Shown piece after piece: positions 1 through 13,100 of a stretch of 64,000 bases of DNA. The notes below the pieces were generated by a model. The model saw nothing but the letters and a program-made list of their open reading frames with translations, searched no databases and was not told the origin of the DNA. The number at the start of each line of letters is the position of its first letter. The stretch's first letter is position 1. A program made the translations under genes and the position numbers. The DNA is from an uncultured Eubacteriales bacterium (lineage in GTDB: Bacteria > Bacillota > Clostridia > TANB77 > UBA1234): assembly GCA_964400015.1 (NCBI GenBank), contig CAYNRR010000001.1, forward strand, positions 113,275-177,274, given 5' to 3'.

Positions 1-976
1 ATGCTCGGTACACTCCCGAGAATAATTCATCAAATTTTTCTTCTTTATCTTCCTTTTTAGGATTTTTGTATATATGTTTATAGTTGAAATCTAGCAATTT
101 CTTTAGGGCCATAAATGTTTCTTTTGAAAATTCCAAATATGGTTTTTCGTAACTGTTTATTATTAGGTCTTGCACTAGTGTATTGATTATCGTCGAGTTT
201 TTGTTCCCTAATACATTTGTTATTTCTTCTGGAATGTCTTTGCGTGTTATTAAATTTACTACTATTGCATCTTCTATATCGCGACCTACATATGCTATTA
301 TATCAGATATTCTTACTACGCATCCCTCTAGTGTCATCGGGCGTATCGTTTTGTCAAAGCTCGGCTCTTTTGCAGAACGTTCGTATTCTTTCAAAAATTG
401 TTTTGCTGTTTTTTTGTAGTCCGGCTCATATTTACGATTTAGCATTTCTCCATTATGACACAAGATTCCATCTAGCACTTGTAATGTTATATTTAATCCC
501 TTGCCCTTGTTTTCAATTTCGTGTAACACTCTTACGCTTTGCACGTTATGTAAAAACAATCCTAAATTATTTTCTGTACATATCCTATTTAAACATCTTT
601 CGCCAGTATGACCAAATGGTACATGACCTAAATCGTGGCCTAGCGATATCGCTTCTATTAAATCTTCATTTAAATTTAAAGCTCGGCCTATAGTTCTTGC
701 AATTTTAGAAACAAATTGAACGTGTAATCCTCTATGCGTAATCAAGTCATTGTGAAATAATGCAAAAACTTGTGTTTTGTCCATGTATCTTGTATATGCT
801 GTAGAATGTAGTATTCTATCAACATCGCGTGAAAAGTCGGGACGCACATTAAACTCTCTTTCGTTTATAACTTTTTCTTTTCCTAATCTTATCGCGTTTT
901 TTGTTTTACACGCATATGGCGATAAGTTTTCTTCTTTTTCCAAGTATTGATTTATTATCATTTCATCAAACCTCAT
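1..976 (-). CDS. dGTP triphosphohydrolase-like HD-domain phosphohydrolase; the C-terminus is truncated by the window edge
   Basis: The reverse-strand translation starts MRFDEMIINQYLEKEE at 976 with an AAGGG RBS. It contains the HD motif ...GHDLGHVPFGHTGE... typical of the dGTPase family. It is absent from the ORF track because it runs off the window. Confidence 0.7.
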   Translation of the reverse strand, partial: MRFDEMIINQYLEKEENLSPYACKTKNAIRLGKEKVINEREFNVRPDFSRDVDRILHSTAYTRYMDKTQVFALFHNDLITHRGLHVQFVSKIARTIGRALNLNEDLIEAISLGHDLGHVPFGHTGERCLNRICTENNLGLFLHNVQSVRVLHEIENKGKGLNITLQVLDGILCHNGEMLNRKYEPDYKKTAKQFLKEYERSAKEPSFDKTIRPMTLEGCVVRISDIIAYVGRDIEDAIVVNLITRKDIPEEITNVLGNKNSTIINTLVQDLIINSYEKPYLEFSKETFMALKKLLDFNYKHIYKNPKKEDKEEKFDELFSGVYRA

Positions 977-1010
977 ACATTCAACCCTTTCTAATTTGTA
1001 TATTCGCATT

Positions 1011-1745
1011 CTATTTGCGAATCAAAGTTATTTTTATTCTACCACTTTTACTAGTTCCACCTATTTCTTTTATTTCTAGTCTTCCTTTTCCACGAACAGA
1101 AATCAAATCGCCCTGGCGTACTGCTTTTACTGGACTTTTTATGATAATATGATTCAATTTCACAAGCTCCGATTTTACTAATGATGTGCTTTTTTCTCTT
1201 GAAACGCCATATCCTGCACTAATTATATTGTCCACTCTTAGTGAAGAAACTGTAGTTTTTACTTCTTTCGATGTGTCCTCTGGCAAAACTATTTCATTCA
1301 AACCAACTTCTTCAATCTTAACTTTTATATTTCCTACATGGTTCAAATTGTTCAAAAGATATTCTACTATACTTTTTGAAACAATTATATCACATATATC
1401 TTTTTGAACAATTATATCTCCTATCATTTCACGTTTTATACCAAGTCCTAACACACTACCTAATACATTTCTGTGTGTTAATGTTTCGCCGGATGCATCA
1501 ACTCTCAACACTGTGATATATTCCTTAGCAAAATCATTTACCTCATTTTCGGCAATATCAAGACCTATCAAAATAATTTTTCTTTCTGCATTTTCAAAAC
1601 CACCCCATGAAATGTAATCAACATATTTAAGCTCACTTTTTACATTTACAATTTCAGATGGATCTAAAAAATTCGTAGCCACAACTTTTTCATACTTATA
1701 ATATTGTTCAACTTTGTCAGCAATTTTTTCATTTATATATTTCAT
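1011..1745 (-). CDS. YlmH-like RNA-binding S4-domain protein
   Basis: A 244-aa product starts MKYINEKIADKVEQYY at an internal ATG preceded by AAGGAG. It shows overall similarity to Firmicutes YlmH and has a C-terminal S4-like segment. Confidence 0.6.
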   Translation of the reverse strand: MKYINEKIADKVEQYYKYEKVVATNFLDPSEIVNVKSELKYVDYISWGGFENAERKIILIGLDIAENEVNDFAKEYITVLRVDASGETLTHRNVLGSVLGLGIKREMIGDIIVQKDICDIIVSKSIVEYLLNNLNHVGNIKVKIEEVGLNEIVLPEDTSKEVKTTVSSLRVDNIISAGYGVSREKSTSLVKSELVKLNHIIIKSPVKAVRQGDLISVRGKGRLEIKEIGGTSKSGRIKITLIRK

Positions 1746-1810
1746 TAGATACTCCTTGATTTTTGTAAAATAAAAAAGGTAGATTGTACTCAACCTACCT
1801 CTTTTGTTTA

Positions 1811-2566
1811 CTATTTGTTAACTTCAAAATAGCCGTCTTCATCAATTGAAAAAGGCATTTCAAACTCTAAAGCGCCATATTTATTAGCTGCAACCTCAGA
1901 TGGATCAAAGTACATAGTTAGCTTTCCATCACGTATATAAAACTTTTGTTTTGTAGGAAGTTTTTGTAATCCATCTCCACCCATTAAAACAATGTTTTTA
2001 TCCTTAGCTTGTTTTGTAACTTCCTCAATTATTGCATCTTCATAATCAACAGTTGCTCTAAAAATATCTTCAAGATAAATTATTCTTTCCTTTGAAACAT
2101 CTATATTATAAATTTCTTTCCATGTATTCGATCTGATTCCACCTGTTTGATAATCGTGATTAACAATAAGTGTTAAATAAGAACCCCAGTTATATCTTTC
2201 AAAAGTTGTAATATATGAATATTGTTTTACGTCTAAAGTGTAGTCATCTACAACCTCATTTATTTCATTTCTATAATCGGCAATATTTGTAGCTATTGCA
2301 TTATTTATAGATGCCTGAAACTCTTTACTTCTAAAAGATTTTATTGATGGGAACTTGTTGTCTATATTTATATGATCAGCTTTGTTATTTACTGAAACAG
2401 ATTCTACTATAACATTTTGTGCTAAATATGTGTTTTGAGACACTTGTACATTATCTCCACTCGATGGATTATCATCATTTGTATTACCAGTAATCATTTT
2501 GTAGCCAAAAATAGAACCTGCTGCAACAACCACGATTAAAGCTAATATTGCAATTATCTTTTTCAT
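1811..2566 (-). CDS. Membrane-anchored DUF3298/DUF4163-like (RsiV/PdaC-like) protein
   Basis: Starts MKKIIAILALIVVVAAG (signal anchor) after GGAGG. The extracytoplasmic domain has the architecture of anti-sigma-V RsiV-like proteins. Confidence 0.45.
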   Translation of the reverse strand: MKKIIAILALIVVVAAGSIFGYKMITGNTNDDNPSSGDNVQVSQNTYLAQNVIVESVSVNNKADHINIDNKFPSIKSFRSKEFQASINNAIATNIADYRNEINEVVDDYTLDVKQYSYITTFERYNWGSYLTLIVNHDYQTGGIRSNTWKEIYNIDVSKERIIYLEDIFRATVDYEDAIIEEVTKQAKDKNIVLMGGDGLQKLPTKQKFYIRDGKLTMYFDPSEVAANKYGALEFEMPFSIDEDGYFEVNK

Positions 2567-2650
2567 AATCTTGACCTCCAAACTTTTTTCTAAAACAATA
2601 GTATCATAACCCAAAAGTAAAAACAAGTTTAAAAATTAAAGTTACTACAA

Positions 2651-3955
2651 TTACTCTTCATCAAGGAATTTTGAAAGAAGTGTCGCAAATGGTACAGTTA
2701 TAACCATAGCTAACAACATTACTAAAATTCTTACAAATTCAATCAAGAAAATCTCAGACTGAATTATATAATCTCTTGTATAGCTCTTTACTACCAACAA
2801 CATATATTTAGGAAGTGTATTAGCAATCATAACAAAAGTTGCAACTAATGACATTTCTGAAACATATGATTTAACATCTTCACTTATAATCATAGCATCC
2901 TTAATTTTCGTTTTTTTAGCATCATACGATTCAACCGTTTTACAGGCTGTTAAAACAATTACAATAAACATAGTAAGTATAGTTACTGCAATGCTCAAAG
3001 CATGGAAATTAAATATATTTACCACTTCATTTGCAATTATGTTTGGTGTTACACCACTACTCATCAAGAATGTTTCAGTAGTTAATCCACTGAAGTTAAG
3101 CATATAATCAATAATTGCTTGAATTATAATACCCACAGCAGAAATGATAATTGTTGTAAATACTGCAACAAAACTTTTAGAATTAACACCTAATTTAATC
3201 GTACAAATCGCAATAGCATTTAGTATAATCGCAAATGCAACTAAAAGCCATAACGCAAAGCCTTGCAGAATCATAGGTCCAACAACTCCGAAAATTATAT
3301 CAACAGCTAAAAGTGCTGGAATAATTAGTTTAACAGAATTTTTACCTAAGAATACTATTACTATAAATAAAGTAATAACAGTTATTGCAATTAGTGTTGA
3401 AAACCTGTCAATATATGTATCAGGTTCTGGTGAAAAACCTACGACAGTATCATCGCCGATTTGCATTAAAGTTATATTAACAATGTCTCCAACCTTAACT
3501 TCAGGCATCGTGATATTTCCATAAACATCGTAAGTCAAGCAAGTCATGTATGTTAACTTCACACCCTCTAACTCGCCCTCGTCAATAATCTCAACTTCAC
3601 CATTTTGATAAAGTCCTCTTGCAAATTTAGCAGTAGATTGGTCTTGTGTGTATTGCATTTCTGGTTCTGAAATCGAAAGCACTTTAGCTTTAAACAACGG
3701 AACCTCCGAACCATTTTTATCTTCTTCAAGTTCTTCAATAAGTTGCTTAATATATTCAACTTTGTTAACTTCATTTTGGTCAAAACCATTCATCAACTCT
3801 TCATATTCTTCATACGTTTTCAAATAAACAGTTTCTCCACTTTCAACATCCTCTAGGAAACTAGTAGCAAAAGCTTTGCTTGGGAATACTATCAAGCAAA
3901 TCACTAAAGAACATAATATTGCAATAATTCCAAATCTCTTATTCAATAAAATCAA
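2651..3955 (-). CDS. YibE/F family membrane protein
   Basis: It has a signal peptide and a roughly 150-aa extracytoplasmic domain followed by many transmembrane helices (PALLAVDIIFGVVGPMILQGFALWLLVAFAII...), the typical YibE/F topology. The start may be TTG at 3955 or the TTG three codons later. Confidence 0.55.
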   Translation of the reverse strand: MILLNKRFGIIAILCSLVICLIVFPSKAFATSFLEDVESGETVYLKTYEEYEELMNGFDQNEVNKVEYIKQLIEELEEDKNGSEVPLFKAKVLSISEPEMQYTQDQSTAKFARGLYQNGEVEIIDEGELEGVKLTYMTCLTYDVYGNITMPEVKVGDIVNITLMQIGDDTVVGFSPEPDTYIDRFSTLIAITVITLFIVIVFLGKNSVKLIIPALLAVDIIFGVVGPMILQGFALWLLVAFAIILNAIAICTIKLGVNSKSFVAVFTTIIISAVGIIIQAIIDYMLNFSGLTTETFLMSSGVTPNIIANEVVNIFNFHALSIAVTILTMFIVIVLTACKTVESYDAKKTKIKDAMIISEDVKSYVSEMSLVATFVMIANTLPKYMLLVVKSYTRDYIIQSEIFLIEFVRILVMLLAMVITVPFATLLSKFLDEE

Positions 3956-4028
3956 CCTCTTTTATACATCAAATTTTACTTAAGTATAATATAAAAATTT
4001 TATTTAGTCCACAAACTAGTTATTTTTC

Positions 4029-4070
4029 ACATAAAAATCCCACTCCATTTTCCAGAGTGGGATTAAAAAT
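4029..4070 (-). terminator. Rho-independent terminator downstream of giant gene 1
   Basis: Perfect 10-bp stem AATCCCACTC / GAGTGGGATT with a 9-nt loop. A T-run follows on the minus strand. Confidence 0.6.
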
Positions 4071-4090
4071 ATTTTGTAAACTAAGTGACA

Positions 4091-4116
4091 CATTTAACGG
4101 ACGTCCCTAGTGTAGC
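4091..4116 (-). repeat. Copy 1 of the conserved 26-nt GC-rich motif ACATTTAACGGACGTCCCTAGTGT; it overlaps the stop codon of giant gene 1
   Basis: The 26-mer is identical to the copy at 15808 and contains the palindrome GGACGTCC. On the minus strand, CAC-TAG encodes the final His and the stop of the gene. Confidence 0.8.
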
Positions 4117-7100
4117 AGAAGGCCTTGGGTTGGTCCTATGAAGTTGGCTTGATACCACATTACTATTCCGTTATTGTTTTGGATGGATGTGTTTCCTGTG
4201 ATTGTTGGTGTTGATGTTTGGGTACTGTTTTCACCGATGATTACTAGTCCTTCGTTGTTTATGATACCTACTTCATTTCCTGTTATTTGTGTTTTTCCAT
4301 CTACTTTTAGTGTACTTTGTTTTGTGCTGTAATCTTTGTAAGTGTATGATGCGTAGTAATTTACGTTGCTGTCTACCATTGTTATTGTGTCTTTATTTTT
4401 TGATGTGATGTTTACTGGTTTTTCTTTTGAGTTTGCATCTGTTCTTACTGCTGTCCAATTGTCTTTGTGATAGTATATTCTGTATTTGTCGCCTTCTATT
4501 TCAGTTGCGATCTTGTATTGTTCTTCTGGCACTGTAATTGTTGCGCCATATGGATATGTAGCTTCTGATACTAGTTGTTCTCCATTTATTCCGTTGTCGT
4601 TGTAGAATCTTACTACATATTCTAAAACGTTCCATGTTGCGTATAGCGTCATGTCTTCGTTTCCTGTATATAAATCATTTGCTTTATATGTTTTTCCTGT
4701 ATTATCTTCTTTTGTATTCCATGAAGTGAAGTTATAACCAGCTTTTTCAAATCCATTTGCTCTTATTCTTATATCTGTATCTTTTATCTTTATTTGATAA
4801 TTTGTTTTACCTGTATAAGTTGTTGCATTTGGCTTGTAATGTATTTCATATGCTGTAATTGTTATTGCTGTAGTATTTCCTTCATAGTCTTTTACTTCAA
4901 CTGTGTAGTCACCTGATTTTGAAATATCAAATTTACCTGTTGCTGCTCCTGTTTCTGTATTCTTTTCTATTTCAATTGGGTTACCATTTACAATGATTTC
5001 GTTTACACCCGTTTCTTTGTCTTTACCTGTTACTGTTATTGTTGCTGTTCCATCTTCGTTATAATTTACTGAAGAATTTACTTCTTCTGGCGCTTCAAAG
5101 TCTCCTAATGAGATTGTTGCTTTATTTGATTCAACTGTATAATAATATGTTCCATTGCTTTGATATGCACTTCTTACAACTAGTTTGTACACGCCCTCGT
5201 CTGCATTTGTAAACGATGTTTTTGTATATGACAACGAATTTGCACCAGGTATTGCTACGCCGTCTTTGTACCATTGATATACTACATCATCTGCTATATA
5301 ACCATCTATTACTTCTACTTCAAAGTGTAATGTATCTCCACGTGCAATTTCGGCATCTGCTAATGTTGTTGTTATTTCAAATGGATAATACACTTTTGTT
5401 CTTTCTGCTGTATATTCTACATCTGGTGTTAATAAGTCTGCGACTGCTTTTGACTCTGTATAAATTATTGAATTTCTAGCCAAGTCAATAAAACGACTCT
5501 TACTTGAACTTTCACCTAATTCAGTTGACTTTAGGTACACAGCTTTCAAACTTCTACAATAGATAAATGCATGTCCTTGTATTTTATTTACACTTGCTGG
5601 TATTGTTATTTCTTCTATTGCTGTAGTTTCAAATGCACCCCAGTCTATTATTTCTAAAGTATCTGGTAATGTTACAGTTTTCAAGTATTGATTCTTTGCA
5701 AATGCAGATACACCAATGCTTACTGTACCATCTATTACTGTTGTTGTTGCATTTGTTCTTGCTGTTGGATATGCTATCAATTTATTTCCACCATACAAAG
5801 TATCATTTACAACTTTAAATCTTGTATTTTCCGCATCTACTGTAAATGATGTTAACATTGTGTCATAGAACGGATTATCATTAGCTATTGTCGTTACATT
5901 TTTAGGAATATTTACATTTCCTTTTAATGCACGCATTTTTGCAAATGCACTTGCACCGATTGCTTCCAATGAATCTGGAAGTTTCAAGCTTTCTACGTTA
6001 ATCAATCTATAGAATGTGTAATCGCCATATCTCGTTACGCCTTCTTCTAAATCTAGTTCTACTATAGTTTCACTATATTTATCAAACCATGGAATGTCTG
6101 TAAGAATCTTATCATCAATATATTCTAAAACAAACGATTTTGCTTTTCCTGTTCCACCAACTACAAGTTTATATCTTGTATTGTCTGTTATTCCATCGCC
6201 TTCCACGATTTTTATTCCTGCATATACATTGTCAACTCCTGCTGTTTTTGAGATATCCCAATATTCTATCCATGTATCATTAGTTTCTAAGTACATTTCT
6301 TTTATTGTTTCTGTTTCATTTTCAACTAAGTGATATCCTGATTGCAACGTTGTTGCTTTACCATCTAATGTTATCTTTTTATTTGTCGATACTAACTTAC
6401 CGTCATAAATATTCAAAGTTGCGTCATTATCTACTACTACATTTGCTCCTTCTATATATGGAACTTCTAGCGAAACTGTATTATCTTCTTTACCTAATGT
6501 TAATGTTCCTACATTATGAATCGTAGCTTCCGAATTATTTGAAATCACTTTACCATTTCTTAATTCAGCTTTACCATTTGCAAGCACTTCAATTGCATGG
6601 CCAGCATTAGAAGCTGATTCAATTCGAACATTACCATCAATTATCAATTCGCCTTCCACAGATATTGTTGAAGTTGTTGTTAATCCAATTTCATGTTTAA
6701 TGTAGCTCATATTTTCAGCAGAATTAGCAATTGTAAGTTTTCCTCTAACGACAATTCCGTCATTGCATACTAATTCTTTACCATTTAAATCAAGTGTATA
6801 ATCAGAATCTGCATAAATCACAATTTCTTTTATAACAGAATTTTCAAAATCACTAGAAATCATATTGTTTTCTAATAATTTAATTGTTGCTGTCGCTACA
6901 CCTTTACTGTTTAAAGTTTCAATTGCTTTGTACACATCAGAATAATATTCTGTTTTTCCATCACTAGTCACTTCTACTGTTATCTTTTCATTTGTTGTTA
7001 ATGTATACACTTCAGAAACATTTCCAGCATTATCTCTTACCCATGTATACCAAGTGCCATTTTCAGGAATCAATAATTCATTGCGTGTTTGCCATGTAGC

Positions 7101-10100
7101 TGTTGAAATATCATTTGTAGCAGAAATTGCATATGCTTCTATTCCACTTGAAATTCCGCCATCATACGTTACAAGCGAAATAACTTCATTTACGCCATCG
7201 TATCTTATTCTTTCATGTGTTACTATCTCTGGAACTGTTTTATCCAATTTAAGTTCAAATGTTGCTTCAGATGAAATGTCTTCATTATCTGCAACACCTC
7301 TTGCTTTTGCACGAATGATTGTAGATAAAGTTTCTTGTTCATAATTAAATGTATTTCCTGTTGTCCATTCAGAACCATTTATTGAATAAATGTATTCAAT
7401 AGCACCTTCTGTATACTCACTTCCACCTATTGTTACCACAACATTACCATTTGCCCAATTTCCTGAAGATATTTGAGTAGCACCTTGTGTTACCGTTATT
7501 GTTGGTACAGTTGGAATATATCTTACATATACATCTCTTTTTACACTCATTAGAGCATTACCAGTAGGCTTGTAAACTGTCCAAACCACTTCATATCTTC
7601 CTGAAACATTTTCTTTAACAGTGCTTGTAGAACTTAAAGTGTAGCCTAATCCTGTATAAATATCTGAATTTGCTACAGTTAAACCTGCAACAGTAGCACC
7701 TGATTCAGTATAAATTTCACCTGGTTTCATCACTACATATTCTTCGCCTTGAAGTTCAAGAATTGGTCTAATTCTATCTGCACCTAACTCACTTTCATAA
7801 TTTTCTGCATTCTCATAATTCGTTTCAGATACTGGATCTAAAACATACAAGATTGCATTTGGCAAGTCTTTCAAACCTGTATTTTCAGGAAGCTTAATTG
7901 CATCTGAAGGTGATGTTATTTGTCTTTCTGTAATGATGGCTTTTAGGCTATCGCAATCTTCAAATTGGCCTTTATCTAGCCATGCAAAGTCTTTGCCTAG
8001 TTGGATAATTTCAAGCGAAGTACAATCGGCAAACATATAGCTCATGTCTGCTACATTATTTGTATTGAACTTTTCGCCTAGGTTTAGTTCTGTTAAGGAA
8101 TAACACTCGTTAAACATACTATACATATCTGTTACATTACTTGTATCAAAGTTATCGCCCAAATTTAATTCTGTTAACGATTCGCAGCAATAAAACATTT
8201 CGCACATATCTGTCACATTACTTGTATCGAATTTTTCTCCCAAATTCAATTTTGTTAATGAATAACACAAGCTAAACATCTCGTCCATTCCTGTTACATT
8301 ACTTGTATCAAAGTTTTGACCCAAATTCAATTGGGTTAATACGTAACACGAACAAAACATATAATTCATGTCTTCGACGTTACTTGTATAAAATTTCTCT
8401 CCTAAGTTTAGTTCTGTCAATGAACTACAGCCACCAAACATCGCATGCATATTTACTACATTACTTGTATCAAAGTTTTTGCCCAAGCTTAACTCTTTTA
8501 GTGACCAACAATCACTAAACATATAGCCCATATCTATTACATTACTTGTGTCAAAGTTGTCGCCCAAGTTTAATTCTACAAGTGATTTACAAGCCCCAAA
8601 CATTCCATACATATCTGAAACATTGCTTGTATCAAAATTATCGCCCAAGTTTAGTTCTGTTAATGATCTACACTCTTCAAACATTCCATACATATCTGTA
8701 ACATTACTTGTATTAAAGTTTTCACCCAAGTTTAAGTTTGTTAACGAATCACAATCATAAAACATTTTAAACATATTTGTTACATCTCTTGTATCTAACA
8801 ATTCCATTCCTTTTATTTCAGTAATTTTAGTATACTTATTAAACAAATTCTCACCTGATGTAACTTTTATTTCAGATTTTGCCACTATGTATTGGTCATA
8901 ATATTGTGTGCCATCTTTTACAACTGATGGTACCAAGTATGATGTTACTGTACCTGTTGCGTTTTCAGCAGACACATCCCATTTAGCAGTAGTATTTGAT
9001 GGTACTGTATTTGTGAATATAATTTTTGTTATTCTATCTGCTGTGTAATCTTTTTCATTTGCTCTTTTTGCACCAAGTGCATAGTATACAAATTCTCCAT
9101 CGATATAATCGTAGCTTTCTCTTGCCATCAACTGAGGTGCAATATTTGCTACTGTTACTGTTCTTGTTAATTTATCTATCCTTGTTGTCATGTTTGCACT
9201 ATCTGTATATTGCAAATTGTATGTTATTGTTTTTGTTCCTAGTGTAGAAGTGTCTACTGGCAAACCTGTAACTTCAACCGTGTAACCTAAATTGTTGTAG
9301 TTTGCAGCATTTGTGCTATTCCAATCAAATACTGTTGCTCCAGCATCTACATATTCAGTATCTAATCCTATTTTGGCTGGATTAGCTCCTAATAAACTCA
9401 TGAAAGGCTTAATCTTTTCTACACCCAATACTGAAATATATGTGCTGTTTGCTTCATACAATGCTTCATCAGAAGCTGTTGGCACGTAAAGAATTGCCTT
9501 TTTGCCCGATAACCCATTATTGGTTGCAATTTGCATCAAATCGCTTTCGCTACTTACACTACGTAAAGAAATTATTCGAGTAAGTTTTGTCATGTTGCCA
9601 AACATATAAGTACCAGTAAGTCTATCGAAATTTGATGGTAATACTAACGTTTCTAGTGAAGTACAATAGTCAAACATATACCCCATATCTGTTACTTGGC
9701 TTGTATCAAATTTATCGCCTAAGTTTAGTTCTGTTAAGGAATTACAATAATAAAACATATCGTTCATATTTGTTACATTGCTTGTGTCAAAGTTTTCTCC
9801 TAAGTTTAGTTCTATTAAGGAACTACACTCTTCAAACATTCCAGACATGTATGTAACATTACTTGTATTAAATTTTTCTCCTAAGTTTAGTTCTGCCAAT
9901 GACTCACACCACCCAAACATATTACTCATGTCTGTTACTTGGCTTGTGTCAAATTTATCTCCCAAGTTTAGTTGTTCTAACGAATAACATTCGCAAAACA
10001 TAATTTCCATATCTGTTACATTTCTTGTATCAAAGTTTTCCCCTAGATTTAATTGTTCTAACGAATAACACCCGCAAAACATACCGTACATATTTGTTAC

Positions 10101-13100
10101 TTGGCTTGTATCAAATTTATCGCCTAGATTTAATTGTTCTAACGAATAGCATTCGCCAAACATAATTTCCATATCTGTTACATTACTTGTATCAAACTTT
10201 TCTCCCAAGTTTAGTTCTACTAAAGAATTACAGTAGTAAAACATATCGCTCATATCTATTACATTGCTTGTATCAAATTTTTCGCCCAAGTTTAGTTCTG
10301 TTAAGGACTCACACGCCTCAAACATCTCACACATATCTGTTACATTACTTGTATCAAATTTTTCACCTAAGTTTAGTTCTGTTAAGAAATTACAGCCGCC
10401 AAACATATCATACATATATATTACATTGCTTGTATCAAACTTATCGCCTAAGTTTAGTTTTGTTAAGGAACTACAACAGTAAAACATCCCCCCCATATCT
10501 GTTACGTTACTTGTATCAAATTTTTCACCAAAATTTAGTTCTGTTAAGGAATTACAGTAATGAAACATACTATCCATATTTGCTACATTGCTTGTATCAA
10601 ATTTTTCACCAAAATTTAGTTCTGTTAAGGAATTACAGTAGTTAAACATACCGTTCATATTTGCTACATTGCTTGTGTCTATCAATTCCATTCCTTTTAT
10701 TTCAGTAATTTTAGTATACTTACAAAACAAGTTCTTACCTGATGTAACTTTTATTTCGGATTTTGCTACTATGTATTGGTCATAATATTGCGTGCTATTT
10801 TTTATAACTGATGGTACCAAGTATGATGTTACTGTACCTGCTGCACTTGATAATGATGCATCCCAATTAACAGTAGCATTTGATGGTACTGTATTTGTGA
10901 ATATAATTTTTGTTATTCTATCTGCTGTGTAATCTTTTTCATTTGCTCTTCTCGCACCAAGTGCATAATATACAGCTTTTCCATCGATATAATCGTAGCT
11001 TTCTCTTGCCATTAGCTGAGGTGCAACACTTACTGTTACTGTTCTTGTTAATGTATCTATTATTGAGGTTATGTTTGTCTTATTTGTATATTTTAGTGTA
11101 TAAGTTATTGTCTTATCTCCTAGTGTACTTGTATCTATTGGTAATCCTGTAACTTCAAGTATATATCCTAAATCGTTGTAGTTTGTAGCATTTGCATTGT
11201 TCCAATCAAACACTGTTGCTCCTGGATCTACGTATTCAGTACCAACATTTACAGTGTCTGGATTATTGCCTACCAGACTCATGAAAGGTTTAATCTTTTC
11301 TGCACCTAATACTGAAATATATGTGGTATTTGCTTCATACAATGCTTCATCAGAAGCCGTTGGTACGTAAAGAATTGCCTTTTGGCCAGATAACCCATTG
11401 TTAGTTGCAATTTGCATCAAATCGCTTTCGCTACTTACGCTACGTAAAGAAATTATTCGTGTAAGTTTTGGCGTGTTATCGAACATATAACTACCAGTAA
11501 GTCTGTCGAAGCTTGATGGCAATACTAGAGTTTCTAGTGAAGTACAACCAGAAAACATACGATACATTTGTTCTACATTGCTTGTATCAAACTTATCGCC
11601 TAAGTTTAGTTTTGTTAATGATGTGCAGCGATAAAACATTGCTTCCATATTAGTAACTTTACTTGTGTCAAAGTTTATACCCAAGTTTAGTTCTTTTAAC
11701 GAATTGCAGTTATAAAACATATAAGACATAACTGTTACTTGGCTTGTGTCAAACTTTTCGCCTAAGTTTAGTTCTGTTAAAGAACTACAGCCGTAAAACA
11801 TACTATCCATAGTTGTTACTTTACTTGTGTCAAAGTTTATACCCAAGTTTAGTTCTTTTAACGAATTACAGTTATAAAACATATAAGACATTCTTGTTGT
11901 TACTTTACTTCTGACAAAATTTTTGCCAAAATTTAGTTCTGTTAAAGATGTACAGTTGCCAAACATCCACGACATATCTATTACATTGCTTGTGTCGAAA
12001 TTGGTACCTATATTTAATTTTGCTAATGAATTGCAATTAGCAAACATATTTACCATACTTGTTACTTGGCTTGTGTCAAACTTTTCGCCTAAATTTAGTT
12101 CTGTTAACGAATTGCAATTATAAAACATATAACTCATATCTGTTACTTGGTTTGTGTCAAACTGGGTACCTATATTTAATTTTGTTAATGAATTGCATTT
12201 AGCAAACATAGATTTCATATTTGCTACTTTACTTGTATCAAACTTTCTACCCAAGTTTAATTCTTTTAGCAAATAGCAATTGTAAAACATAGAACTCATA
12301 TTAGTTACTTGGCTTGTGTCAAAATTTGTACCTATATTTAATTTTGTTAATGAATTGCAATTAGCAAACATATTTACCATACTTGTTACTTTACTTGTAT
12401 CAAATTTTCCACCCAAGTTTAACTCTTTTAACGAATTGCAATTATAAAACATACAAGCCATACTTGTAACATTGCCTGTATCAAAATTCTCACCCAAATT
12501 TAATTCTTTTAACGAAGTACAGTTATAAAACATAAAATTCATATTTGTTACATTACTTGTATCAAATTTAGATATATCTAATGTGGTTAGTTTTTTACAA
12601 TCAAAAAACATTCCATACATATCAGTAGCATTATTAGTAGTTAAATATTCTATATTTTCTATTTGAGTCAAATTTGAATAGCCCTTAAATAAAATGTATG
12701 TATCTCTAGCATTTATTGTATCAGTTGCAACAAAGTACTGTGCATAGCATTGTGCACCGTCAATTATTGTTGACGGTACTAAATATGATGTTACCGTACC
12801 TGGTGCACTTGTTGAAGATGCATCCCAACTAACAGTGGCATTTGATGGTACTGTGTTTGTGAATACTACTTTTGTTATAAGGTCAGGTGAATATTCTGTT
12901 TTTCCAGCTCTATACGCACCTATTGCGTATTCATATGAAACATAACCATTAACTACATCTCTCCCCATTAACTGAGGTGCAACATTTACTGTTACTGTTC
13001 TTGTTAATGTATCAAATGTTGAAGTTGTGTTTGTACTATCCGTATATTGTAAATTGTATGTTATAGTTTTGGTTCCTAGTGTAGAAGTATCTACTGGTAA

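Noticed and set aside
183-693. Plus-strand ORFs at the window start
   Set aside because: They are antisense to the dGTPase-like HD-domain gene, which gives a far better translation on the minus strand.
8303-12123. Many plus-strand ORFs of 60-150 aa with striking 27-aa periodicity (for example 10187..10645, 9632..9856), and 81-nt tandem DNA repeats that could be mistaken for a CRISPR-like array or a set of small genes
   Set aside because: They are antisense read-throughs of the DUF285 repeat arrays of giant gene 1. The sense (minus) strand carries one uninterrupted 11-kb ORF. The repeats are degenerate at the DNA level, contiguous with no unique spacers, and protein-coding.
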